A stretch of DNA of 64,000 nt from Burkholderiales bacterium (GCA_035632415.1 DASQGW010000187.1:246-64245); one strand, 5' to 3'. Shown: positions 55,620-64,000, numbered from the stretch's first letter. Translations and numbers: made by a program. The notes: a model not told the origin generated them from the letters alone.

Positions 55620-55671
55620 GATCCCCTCCCCTAGGACATGCTGACGGAATAATTACGTACTTGGTACGGAA

Positions 55672-56124
55672 TTATCTCTGGCCGCTGCGGGTGCGCGTGA
55701 GCTGGGTGGTGGTGCTGGCGAGGCGCGAAGCGAGGATCCTGATGAGCTCGATCGCCGCGTCCGGGTTCTCGCGGATGATCTTCATGAAGAGCTCCTTGGA
55801 AATCTTGAGCGTCTCGAGCTTGGTCAGCGCCTTGGCGGTCGCGGTGCGCGGCACCTCGCCGACGATGGCGATCTCGCCGAGGAGGTCGTTCTTCCCCATG
55901 TTGTTGATGACGATCGGGCCCGACGGCGTCGGCACCGAGATCTCGACGGTGCCGTCGATGATGACGTAGGCCGAGTCGCCGACGTCCCCGGCGTTGAAGA
56001 TCACCTGGCCGGAGTCGTACTTCAGGCGCTCCGCCGAGAAGCACAGCAGCTTCTGCATGGCCGGCTGGATCTTGCTGAAGATCGGGAACTGGCGGATGAG
56101 TTCGACTTCCTGCTCAAGGCTCAT
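55672..56124 (-). CDS. stand-alone cyclic-nucleotide-binding (CAP_ED) protein, 150 aa
   Basis: Motifs: FPIFSKI, GDSAYVIIDGTVEI. Phosphate-binding cassette LGEIAIVGEVPRTATAKA (G-E...R-T-A). No output domain. Confidence 0.85.
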   Translation of the reverse strand: MSLEQEVELIRQFPIFSKIQPAMQKLLCFSAERLKYDSGQVIFNAGDVGDSAYVIIDGTVEISVPTPSGPIVINNMGKNDLLGEIAIVGEVPRTATAKALTKLETLKISKELFMKIIRENPDAAIELIRILASRLASTTTQLTRTRSGQR

Positions 56125-56139
56125 GGGGCTTTTCTTTCG

Positions 56140-58800
56140 TTACGCTGCAACCAGTAATTTCTGGAGCGGCCCGCCGTTCGATTTCAGCTCGGCGAAGGCG
56201 CCCTTCTCGGCGAGCTTGCCGCGCTCCATGACCAGCACCACGTTGAAGCGCTCCGCCAGGTCGGGCCGCGAGAGCACCCAGGCGACGCCGCGCCCCTTGC
56301 GCTCGGCAAGGATGCCCTCCAGCACGCGCTGCTGCGAGTTCGGATCGAGCGGCCCGAGCGCCTGGTCGACCACCAGCAGCGCCGGCCGCTTGAGGAGCGC
56401 GCGCACCAGCGCGACCTTTTGCCGGTCGGCCACCGGCAGGCGCGCGCCGCCGACGCCGACCTGGTAGTCGAGGCCGATCGTGACGACAAGCGGCCGCAGG
56501 CCGAGCTCGTCGAGGAGCTCGCGCACGAGCGCCGTGATGCGCGTGGCCGCCTCGGCCTGCGCCGTGACGATCTTGCCGAAAAGGATGTTGTCCTGCAGCG
56601 TGGCGGCGCTGTTGTACGTCGCGGCGTCGAAGAATTCGATCGAGCGCTTGAGCTCCGCCGGCAGGCGCGCCGCGAAATGGCGCCGCGCCTCGACGACTCG
56701 CGCCTCGAAGCTTTCGTCGATGAGGCCCAGGCGGTGGCGGGCGGCGATCAGCTTGAAGGGCAGCGAGATCAGCGCGCGCTGCTCCGCAGCCTCCATCTCC
56801 TTCAGCCCCACGTCCTTCGCGCGCTGCAGGATCGCCTCGAACTGCGGCAGGTCCTCCTGGCGGATGAAGCTGTATTGCGCGAAGAATTCATGGCCCGGCG
56901 GCAAGCCGCTGAAGAGCTCGACCATCGTCTCGGCCACCTTGTGGCCGGTGCGGAGCAGGAGCTCATAGAGCCCCGTGTCGTTCAGCACCTGCCGCACGTA
57001 GGCATTCGCCGCCAGGTTGTCGAGGTCGAACGCTTTTCCCACCGGGGTGCCGAAGAGCAGGTTCTCGGCGAGCGTGGCGTTGCGGATGTATTTCTCCGGA
57101 TCGAAGCGCTCGACCCAGTCCTGGATGCCGAGCGACGCAAGGCGCTCGTGCATGCGCAGGCGCGCATCGAGCACGCGCGGGCCGAGCATCGCCGCGCGCC
57201 GCGAGTCGGCGGCGCTGCGCAAGCCCAGCTCGAAGATCGCTTCATCGAGATCCACCACGGAAAGGAGCTCGACGATGCGCCGGTCCATCTCATCGTGATT
57301 CGAGACGCCGGCGGCGGCGTAGTCGATCCAGTCGGCGTTGATATCGAGCGTGCTGTTGCCGGTGCGGGCCGCCTCCTTCAGCTCCGCTTCGCGCTGCTGG
57401 CGCACGTCATCGGTGTATCCCGCGTCCCGCACCGGTTCATGCTTCAGTCCATAGACGATGTTCTCCCGCACGCTCGTCGGGAAGAGATAGGCGGGCGCGC
57501 CAACGTAGGCGAGCGAGCGGCCGGTGACCGCCTCCGGGGCGCGCGTCATGTCGATGCCGCCCATCTCGATCGTGCCGTTGGTCGGCGGCACGAGGCGCGC
57601 GAGCATCTGCGCGAGCTCGCTCGCCCCGCCCGCCTGGCGGCCGACGATGGCGATGTGGTCGCTCATGCTGCATTCGAACGAGGCGTCTTCCACCACGCGG
57701 CTGCCGGCATCGTCCACCAGCGACAGGCGCGCCGCCTTCAGGCGACCCTCCTGCGGCATCGGCGGCGACTTGACCAACGCCTGCAGCTCGGCCGGCGCTA
57801 CTTCCTCCGCGGTGAATTGCTCGACGACCTGGTTGTACTTGATCTCGACGTCCATCCTCTGCTGGTCCCAGTCGATCAGCTCCTTCACCGGCCCCGGCAG
57901 GTCCTTGTACGCGGCGATCACGGCGACGAGCGCGCCGATGTCGAGCTTGCCGACGATGACGAGGTAGCCGCCGAGCGTGTAGAAGAGGAACGGGGTCACC
58001 TGCGCGAGGAAGTTATTCAGGAACTTGACCATGAACTTCCGCTGGTAGAGCTCGAAGCGGATGTTGAAGATCCTTCCCAGCCGGTCCGAAATTTCCGCCC
58101 GTTCATAGTTGGACGTGTCGTGGGCGTGGATCTCGGCGGCGCCTTCGACGCACTCGGCGATGCGCCCGGCGAGCGCGCGCGCGGTGAGCTGGCGCTCGCG
58201 GCCGAGCACCAGCTGGCGCCTGCGCAGGCGCGGGATGATGAACGCCTGCACGCCGACGATGCCGAGCGCGATCAGGCCGAGCACCCAGTGCTGGTACATG
58301 ATGAAGAACATCGCCGTGAGCGCCTGGCCGCCGAGGAAGAGCGGCGTGATGAGCGCGTCGCCGATGAAGCCGCCCAGGGGCTCCACCTCGTCCTTGACCA
58401 TCGTCGCCATCTCGGCGGGCTTCACGCGCCGGAAGCGCGTGAGCGGAAAGCGCAGGATGAAGTCGAAGAGCGAGAAGCGCAGGCGCCTCAGCATGCGCTC
58501 GCCCATCCAGCCCTTCATGGTGTTGATCTGGAACTTGAGCCAGCCGTTGAGGACGATCAGGCCGAGAAACAGGATCGAGAGCGCGAAGAGATACGGGATG
58601 CGGTGCAGGTCGAAGCCGAGCAGGCGCCTCACCGAGTCGGCGGTCGGGAAGGAGATGCCCTGGATCGCCTGGTTGATGATCGTCTTCGGCAGGTCGAGGG
58701 ACAGGTAATAGACCACCATCGACGCGACGACGAGCGGCACGATCAGCAGCTGATCGCGCTTGCTGTACTTCAGGATGAAGCCGAAGAGGCTGCGTTCCAA
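56140..58800 (-). CDS. ABC-exporter-like protein (TMD + NBD) with degenerate ATPase motifs and expanded NBD (886 aa)
   Basis: N-terminal 6-TM-type domain. Walker A-like GRQAGGAS (no Lys), signature-like LPVAD, Walker B-like LLVVDQ, H-loop position VLSRP. About 395 aa lie between Walker A and the signature. Confidence 0.75.
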   Translation of the reverse strand: MERSLFGFILKYSKRDQLLIVPLVVASMVVYYLSLDLPKTIINQAIQGISFPTADSVRRLLGFDLHRIPYLFALSILFLGLIVLNGWLKFQINTMKGWMGERMLRRLRFSLFDFILRFPLTRFRRVKPAEMATMVKDEVEPLGGFIGDALITPLFLGGQALTAMFFIMYQHWVLGLIALGIVGVQAFIIPRLRRRQLVLGRERQLTARALAGRIAECVEGAAEIHAHDTSNYERAEISDRLGRIFNIRFELYQRKFMVKFLNNFLAQVTPFLFYTLGGYLVIVGKLDIGALVAVIAAYKDLPGPVKELIDWDQQRMDVEIKYNQVVEQFTAEEVAPAELQALVKSPPMPQEGRLKAARLSLVDDAGSRVVEDASFECSMSDHIAIVGRQAGGASELAQMLARLVPPTNGTIEMGGIDMTRAPEAVTGRSLAYVGAPAYLFPTSVRENIVYGLKHEPVRDAGYTDDVRQQREAELKEAARTGNSTLDINADWIDYAAAGVSNHDEMDRRIVELLSVVDLDEAIFELGLRSAADSRRAAMLGPRVLDARLRMHERLASLGIQDWVERFDPEKYIRNATLAENLLFGTPVGKAFDLDNLAANAYVRQVLNDTGLYELLLRTGHKVAETMVELFSGLPPGHEFFAQYSFIRQEDLPQFEAILQRAKDVGLKEMEAAEQRALISLPFKLIAARHRLGLIDESFEARVVEARRHFAARLPAELKRSIEFFDAATYNSAATLQDNILFGKIVTAQAEAATRITALVRELLDELGLRPLVVTIGLDYQVGVGGARLPVADRQKVALVRALLKRPALLVVDQALGPLDPNSQQRVLEGILAERKGRGVAWVLSRPDLAERFNVVLVMERGKLAEKGAFAELKSNGGPLQKLLVAA

Positions 58801-58831
58801 GAGCGGAAATTCCCCGCTACCATTCTAGTGC

Positions 58832-59662
58832 ATGGGGGGTAAGGCACCTTTTACCGTTCGCTTCTGGGGCGTGCGCGGCTCGATCGCGTGCTCCGGTCCT
58901 CGCACGGCGCGCTATGGCGGCAACACTTCGTCGCTCGAAGTGCGCTGCGGCGACCGTCTTCTCCTTTTCGATGCGGGCACCGGCATCCGCTATCTCGGCA
59001 AGACCCTCACCGGCTCGCGCATCGACGGCGATATCTACTTCACGCATACACATTTTGACCATGTGTGCGGCCTGCCCTTTTTCGGGCCGCTCTTTCAGCC
59101 GCAGAACAAGTTCCGCCTCTGGGCCGGCCACTTGAGCGGCGCGATGACGCTGAAGCGGGTGCTGGCGGAATTCATGATGTCGCCGCTCTTCCCCGTGCCG
59201 CCGGAAGTGTTCCGCTCGACGCTCGAGTACCGCGATTTCAAGGCGGGCGAGACGCTATCCGCAGCAAGCAACGTCACCGTGCGCACGGCGCCGCTCAACC
59301 ATCCCGACGGAGCGACCGGCTACCGCGTCGAGTTCGACGGGCGCGCCATCTGCTACGTCACCGACACCGAGCACGTCCCCGGCAGCCTCGACCGCAACGT
59401 GCTCGGGCTCATCGCCAGGGCGGACCTCGTCGTCTACGACTGCATGTACACCGATGACGAATACCGGCGCTACGTCGGCTGGGGCCACTCGACCTGGCAG
59501 GAAGGCGTGCGCCTGTGCAAGGAGGCCGGCGTGAAGCGCATGGTGGTGTTCCACCACGATCCCGACCACGACGACGAAATGCTCGACGGCATCGCGCGCG
59601 AGATCGGAAAGCAGATGCCCGGTTGCGTGGTCGCGCACGAAGGGCTCGTCCTCGAGCCTTGA
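58832..59662 (+). CDS. MBL-fold metallo-hydrolase
   Basis: Motifs: RFWGVRGS, FDAGTG, THTHFDHVCGLPFF (HxHxDH), HHDPDHDD. Confidence 0.8.
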   Translation: MGGKAPFTVRFWGVRGSIACSGPRTARYGGNTSSLEVRCGDRLLLFDAGTGIRYLGKTLTGSRIDGDIYFTHTHFDHVCGLPFFGPLFQPQNKFRLWAGHLSGAMTLKRVLAEFMMSPLFPVPPEVFRSTLEYRDFKAGETLSAASNVTVRTAPLNHPDGATGYRVEFDGRAICYVTDTEHVPGSLDRNVLGLIARADLVVYDCMYTDDEYRRYVGWGHSTWQEGVRLCKEAGVKRMVVFHHDPDHDDEMLDGIAREIGKQMPGCVVAHEGLVLEP

Positions 59663-60315
59663 GCTTTGTCATCAGCATCGAGTCGTACGCGGCCGAGCTC
59701 GACGCGATAGGAAAGGACGCACCTCCGCCCGCGCCTCGCTGGAACCAGGACTGGTTTCCGCGGCTCGATGCCGCCGCCGCCTACGCGATGGTGCGCACGC
59801 TGCGTCCGAAGCGCATCGTGGAAATCGGCTCGGGCCACTCGACGCGCTTTCTCGCCCGCGCGGTGGCCGACGGCGGTCTGGATACGCACATCAGCGCCAT
59901 CGACCCGCAACCGCGCGCGAGCCTCGAGGGGCTGAAGGTTCATTGGCTGAAGCAGCCGGTGCAGACGACTGCGCTGGATGTCTTCCAGGCGCTCGAGGCG
60001 CGCGACATCCTCTTCATCGACTCGAGCCACCAGATGAAGCCGGGCAGCGATGTCGAATTCCTGCTGGAGAAGGTGCTGCCGCGCCTTGCCAAGGATGTGC
60101 GCGTGCACTTCCACGATATCTTCCTGCCTGACCCTTATCCGGCGGCATGGGCCTGGCGGCGCTACAACGAGCAGGAAGTCGTCGCGCCGCTCATCGGGCA
60201 GGGCTACGCCATGGAGTTCTCCAGTCACCAGACGAGGCAACGGGACGGCGTCCTCTCCCGGCTGCCGCTCAAGCGAGGCGCGATCGAGTCGAGCTTATGG
60301 CTGCGCAAGTCCTAG
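59659..60315 (+). CDS. class I SAM-dependent methyltransferase-like protein (start uncertain)
   Basis: Motifs: IVEIGSGHSTRFLA (motif I-like), ILFIDSSH. I place the start at TTG 59659 (TTGA with the MBL stop). The earlier part of track ORF 59515.. overlaps the MBL gene. Confidence 0.55.
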   Translation: MSFVISIESYAAELDAIGKDAPPPAPRWNQDWFPRLDAAAAYAMVRTLRPKRIVEIGSGHSTRFLARAVADGGLDTHISAIDPQPRASLEGLKVHWLKQPVQTTALDVFQALEARDILFIDSSHQMKPGSDVEFLLEKVLPRLAKDVRVHFHDIFLPDPYPAAWAWRRYNEQEVVAPLIGQGYAMEFSSHQTRQRDGVLSRLPLKRGAIESSLWLRKS

Positions 60316-61481
60316 ACACTTCTTCCGTCCAGGAGTGGCTCGATGCGGGCGCGCAGCCGGCCGAGCGCCCCCAGGACGTGCTGCAGCACCTGTGCCGGCG
60401 CCTCGTCGGCCTGGGCATGCCGCTCTACCGGGTTGCCGTATTCGTGCGCACGCTGCATCCGAACGTCGCCGGCCGCGCGTTCATCTGGCACGAGCCGCAG
60501 GACGCGGTCGAGATCGTCACCGCCGAGCTCGGCATCCAGGAGACGGATACCTACCTGAAGAGCCCGGTGCGCGTCGTGTTTACCGAGCACGTCGAGGTGC
60601 GGCGGCGCATCGGTCCCGGCGCGCTCGATTTCCCGATCCTCGAGGACCTGCGCAAGGAGGGCGCGACCGATTTCTTCGCGGTACCGATGCGCTTCATCAA
60701 CGGCGAGGTCCACGGGGCGAGCTTCGTCACGCGCCGCGCCGGCGGCTTCGCCGATGCCGAGCTCGAAGCGCTGCGGCGCATCATGCCCGCCTTTTCCCGC
60801 GTGGCGGAGATCTACGCCTGGAAGCGCACGGCACGGAATATCCTCGATGCATATCTCGGCGAGCAGACCGGCGAGAAGGTGCTCGCCGGGAGAATCCGCC
60901 GCGGCGACGGCGAGGACATCCGCGCGGTGATCTGGTTCTGCGACCTGCGCGACTCGACGCCGCTCGCCGATTCGATGAGCCGGGTCGAATTCCTGCGCCT
61001 CCTGAACGAGTTCTTCGAATGCGTGCTCGGCCCGGTGCTCGAGCAGAAGGGCGAAGTGCTGCGGTTCATCGGCGACGCTGCGCTCGCTATCTTTCCCATC
61101 CCGCAGGGCGATGTCGCCGAGCGGGCCGGAGCGGCGCGCCGGGCGGTCCAGGCCGCCCAGGCGGCGGTCGAGCGCATGGCGGCGTTCAATGCCCGGCGCG
61201 AGCGCAAGCTCCGCTTCGGCATCGGCCTGCATCTCGGGCATGTGCTGTACGGCAACATCGGCACGCCGACCCGGATCGAATTCACCGTCATCGGCGCAGC
61301 CGCCAATGAAGCGGCCCGGATCGAGGGGTTCTGCAAGACGCTGGACGTTCCGCTGGTGCTCTCCGAGCCTGTGGCGCGCCATGTCGCGGACTGCGTGTCG
61401 CTCGGCAGCCATCGCCTGCGCGGCGTCGAGGAGCCGATCGAGCTTTTCACATTGAAAGCAATTCGCCCGCATCAGCCGTAA
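60297..61481 (+). CDS. class III nucleotidyl cyclase with ~190-aa N-terminal sensor domain
   Basis: From MAAQVLDTSSVQEW. Cyclase motifs: IWFCDLRDST, RFIGDAALAIF, IGAAANEAARI. Confidence 0.85.
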   Translation: MAAQVLDTSSVQEWLDAGAQPAERPQDVLQHLCRRLVGLGMPLYRVAVFVRTLHPNVAGRAFIWHEPQDAVEIVTAELGIQETDTYLKSPVRVVFTEHVEVRRRIGPGALDFPILEDLRKEGATDFFAVPMRFINGEVHGASFVTRRAGGFADAELEALRRIMPAFSRVAEIYAWKRTARNILDAYLGEQTGEKVLAGRIRRGDGEDIRAVIWFCDLRDSTPLADSMSRVEFLRLLNEFFECVLGPVLEQKGEVLRFIGDAALAIFPIPQGDVAERAGAARRAVQAAQAAVERMAAFNARRERKLRFGIGLHLGHVLYGNIGTPTRIEFTVIGAAANEAARIEGFCKTLDVPLVLSEPVARHVADCVSLGSHRLRGVEEPIELFTLKAIRPHQP

Positions 61482-61501
61482 TCGGTGTAAATTGCCGCGC
61501 A

Positions 61502-63334
61502 GTGCGAAGCATGGCGATCCCGAACACCGCGTCGGACGGTCCCGCCCCGCAGGAGCGCCCTCCCGCTTCGCTCGTCCACCTTCTTTCCGACTGGTACTGG
61601 GAGCAGGACGCGGAGTTCCGCTTCACCGTCGTCTCGACCAGGCGCCCGGAAAATTCCGCCGATCCGTTCCCCTATGTCGGCCGCAGGCACTGGGAACAGC
61701 CGGCGCTCAACCTGACCGACGCCGACTGGGAACGCCATCGCGCGCAGCTCGAGTGGCACCAGCCGTTCCGCGACTTCGAGGTGCAGCACGCCACCGAGGA
61801 CGGCCGCATCGTGTGGCTTTCGCTCTCGGGCGAGCCGATGTTCGACGACGCCGGCACGTTCAAGGGCTATCGCGGCATCGGACGCGATATCACGGCCCAG
61901 AAACGCGCCGAGGAGCTCTCCCGGCTCGAGCACGCCATCGCGCGGGAGCTCGCGCAGGCGGCGAGCGCCAGCGAAGGCGTGCGCGCCGCGCTGCGCCTCA
62001 TCTGCGACGTGGAGGGATGGGATGCCGGGCGTTGCTTTCGCGTCGATGCGGCGAGCGGCGATGTCGCCTATACCGAGGGCTGGTTCACCCGCGAAGGCGA
62101 CATCGAGCAGCTCCTGCGCGGATCGCGCGTGCTGTGGCAGGCCGGCAAGCCGGTCTGGTCGACCGATCTGCCGCGCGCGCAGGGCGGACGCTTCGGCGCC
62201 TTCGCCATCCCGGTCGTCGCGCAGCAGCACACGATCGCGATGCTCGCCTTCTCCGGCCATACGACGCGCGAGCCGGACAATGCTTTCGTCGATGCGGCGC
62301 CCGCCATCGGCAGCCTCTTCGGCCAGTTCCTGCAGCGCAAGGACGCCGAGGAAGCGCTGCGGGCGAGCGAGGCTCGCTTCAGGAGCCTCACGCAGCTCTC
62401 GAGCGACTTCTTCTGGGAGACGGACACGCAGCATCGCCTGTCGAGCGTCGTGCACGGCCCGAGCGCGGCGGCGGCGCGGGTCGGCTACGCCGCGGTCGGA
62501 AAAACGCCGTGGGAGATCCCGGCCGTTCGCCCGGACCCTTCCGGCTGGCAAGCGCACAAGGCGACGCTCGAGAGCCGGCTGCCTTTCCGCGACTTCGAGG
62601 TGGCGCGCACCGCGCCCGACGGCGGCACCCGCTACTTCGCCGTGAGCGGCCAGCCGCACTACGACGCGCGCGGCAATTTCCTCGGTTACCGGGGCGTCGG
62701 CCGCGACGTCACCGAGATCGCGCTCGCGCGCGAGCGCATAGCTTCGCTCGCTTACAGCGATCCGCTCACCGGGCTCGCCAACCGCGTGAGTCTCGCGCCG
62801 GCGCTCGACCAGGCGATCGAGCGTGCCAAGCGCCACGGCGGCAAGATCGCGGGCGTGTTCATCGATCTGGACGGCTTCAAGCAGATCAACGACCGGCATG
62901 GCCATGCCGCAGGCGACGCCTTCCTCGTCGAAGTGGCGCACCGCCTGCGCCGCCATGTGCGCGCGAGCGACCTCGTCGCGCGCTTCGGCGGCGACGAGTT
63001 CTTCGTCATGCTGGATGGCGTGCAGGACCTGGTCGGCGTCGAGCGCGTGGTGGTGAAGCTGATCGACGCGCTGCGCAAGCCCTACACGGGCTTCGGCGAC
63101 GCCCAGCGCCGCGTCTCCGCCACGCTGGGCGTCAGCCTTTTCCCCGATGACGCGCCGGATGCGGTCACGCTTGTCCAGCACGCCGACGAAGCGATGTACA
63201 CCGCCAAGCAGGCCGGCAAGAACGCCTACTGCCTTTTCTCCACCGGCAAGAAGCCCATACCGCCCGCCCCCAACGGGGCCGATGCGGCCGTCCGGCCGGC
63301 GGAAGCGCATCCGACCGTCGCGCGGCCGGAATAG
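61502..63334 (+). CDS. PAS-GAF-like-PAS-GGDEF diguanylate cyclase
   Basis: Two PAS units (YRGIGRDIT, YRGVGRDVT). Then DPLTGLANR, RFGGDEF, and A-site region HADEAMYTAK. Start is GTG 61502 or ATG 61511. Confidence 0.85.
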   Translation: MRSMAIPNTASDGPAPQERPPASLVHLLSDWYWEQDAEFRFTVVSTRRPENSADPFPYVGRRHWEQPALNLTDADWERHRAQLEWHQPFRDFEVQHATEDGRIVWLSLSGEPMFDDAGTFKGYRGIGRDITAQKRAEELSRLEHAIARELAQAASASEGVRAALRLICDVEGWDAGRCFRVDAASGDVAYTEGWFTREGDIEQLLRGSRVLWQAGKPVWSTDLPRAQGGRFGAFAIPVVAQQHTIAMLAFSGHTTREPDNAFVDAAPAIGSLFGQFLQRKDAEEALRASEARFRSLTQLSSDFFWETDTQHRLSSVVHGPSAAAARVGYAAVGKTPWEIPAVRPDPSGWQAHKATLESRLPFRDFEVARTAPDGGTRYFAVSGQPHYDARGNFLGYRGVGRDVTEIALARERIASLAYSDPLTGLANRVSLAPALDQAIERAKRHGGKIAGVFIDLDGFKQINDRHGHAAGDAFLVEVAHRLRRHVRASDLVARFGGDEFFVMLDGVQDLVGVERVVVKLIDALRKPYTGFGDAQRRVSATLGVSLFPDDAPDAVTLVQHADEAMYTAKQAGKNAYCLFSTGKKPIPPAPNGADAAVRPAEAHPTVARPE

Positions 63335-63706
63335 CTACTGGTCCTTGACGATGTGCTCGATGCGCTTGAGGAAGTCGAGCTCCATCAGCGGCTTCACGAT
63401 GTAGTCGTTGGCGCCGAGGTCGCGACCGCGCTGCGCGTCCTTGTCGCGCGAGAAGCTCGTCACCATGACGACCGGCAGGGTCTTGGTCTGCGGATTGGAG
63501 CGGATCAGGCGCAGCAGCTCGAAGCCGTCGATCTTCGGCAGCATGACGTCGAGCAGCACGAGCGCGGGCAGCGGCTTGTTCCTGAGGAGCGTCAGCGCGG
63601 CCTGGCCGTCGGCCGCGTGCTCCACCGCGTAGCCCGCGCGCTCGAGCCAGTGCGTGGCGAGATTGACGAGGTCGTCGTCGTCTTCCACGATCAGGATGCG
63701 CGCCAT
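63335..63706 (-). CDS. single-domain response regulator receiver
   Basis: MARILIVEDDDD, LVLLDVMLPKIDG, VTSFS, YIVKP. Start overlaps the channel gene stop by 1 nt (TGATG). Confidence 0.85.
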   Translation of the reverse strand: MARILIVEDDDDLVNLATHWLERAGYAVEHAADGQAALTLLRNKPLPALVLLDVMLPKIDGFELLRLIRSNPQTKTLPVVMVTSFSRDKDAQRGRDLGANDYIVKPLMELDFLKRIEHIVKDQ

Positions 63707-64000
63707 CAGCGGTACATGATCTTCTTCGTCACCGAGGCGATCAGCAGCCCGAAGGTCGCGATGCCCGAGGCCGCACAAACGACCGAGATGAGGCGCGCCA
63801 CCGGCGCGTGCGGCGCGAGGTCGCCGTAGCCGACGGTGAGGTAGGTGATGCCGCTGAAGTAGACGTGCTCCCAGAAGCTCTTGCCCGGCAGCGGATCGAG
63901 CACGTGGAACAGCGTGCCGAAGAAGACGATGTTGAATGCCATCGCGACCGCCAGACGGGCCGGCTTCTCGCCGTAGCCCCAGAGGATGTCCTGCAGGAAC
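63706..64000 (-). CDS. potassium-channel pore-domain protein (3' part; 5' end beyond the right edge)
   Basis: Selectivity filter TVGYGD flanked by two hydrophobic helices. The frame stays open to the window edge (FLQDILWGYGEKPARLAVAMAFNIVFFG...). Confidence 0.7.
   Translation of the reverse strand, partial: FLQDILWGYGEKPARLAVAMAFNIVFFGTLFHVLDPLPGKSFWEHVYFSGITYLTVGYGDLAPHAPVARLISVVCAASGIATFGLLIASVTKKIMYR

Overview
High-GC (by eye about two-thirds G+C, not computed) proteobacterial-type chromosomal segment. It is gene-dense, with about 60 CDS, many joined by 1-4 nt start/stop overlaps. I saw no rRNA, tRNA, CRISPR array, transposase or integrase. Left part (1-31 kb): mostly metabolic genes. These include a Bug/TctC binding protein, metY, ubiX, a MetE-like protein and GGT. 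There is a 7-gene minus-strand operon running from a cyclase-family hydrolase through SDR, GMC oxidoreductase and Fpr to a 6xPAS-GGDEF-EAL protein. There is also a 10-gene acyl-CoA/Liv-type ABC operon and a divergent FadB/thiolase pair. Right part (31-64 kb): an unusually dense second-messenger and two-component region. (1) A 15-kb six-gene operon has three histidine kinases carrying 17 GAF domains of one subfamily (one 2025-aa kinase has 10 tandem GAFs), two CheY-like receivers and a REC-class III cyclase. (2) A Crp/Fnr-type cNMP regulator is flanked by a 13-bp palindrome on each side. (3) Two gene pairs are arranged divergently: ADH followed by a REC-cyclase, and ALDH followed by a membrane-2Fe2S-cyclase. 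(4) An operon encodes a motif-degenerate ABC-like protein, a stand-alone cNMP-binding protein, DUF898/YjgN and an M48-TPR peptidase. (5) Then come an MBL hydrolase, a methyltransferase, a fourth cyclase, a PAS-GGDEF protein, a receiver and a K+ channel. Non-coding highlights: three copies of an ~80-bp long-stem palindromic element that exactly fill intergenic gaps, and an exact 24-nt AT-rich imperfect palindrome present in inverted orientation at 31.03 and 53.03 kb, bracketing the signalling block. All functional calls come from motif recognition by eye on the supplied translations and my own translations. No database search was run, so family names are best-recollection assignments.
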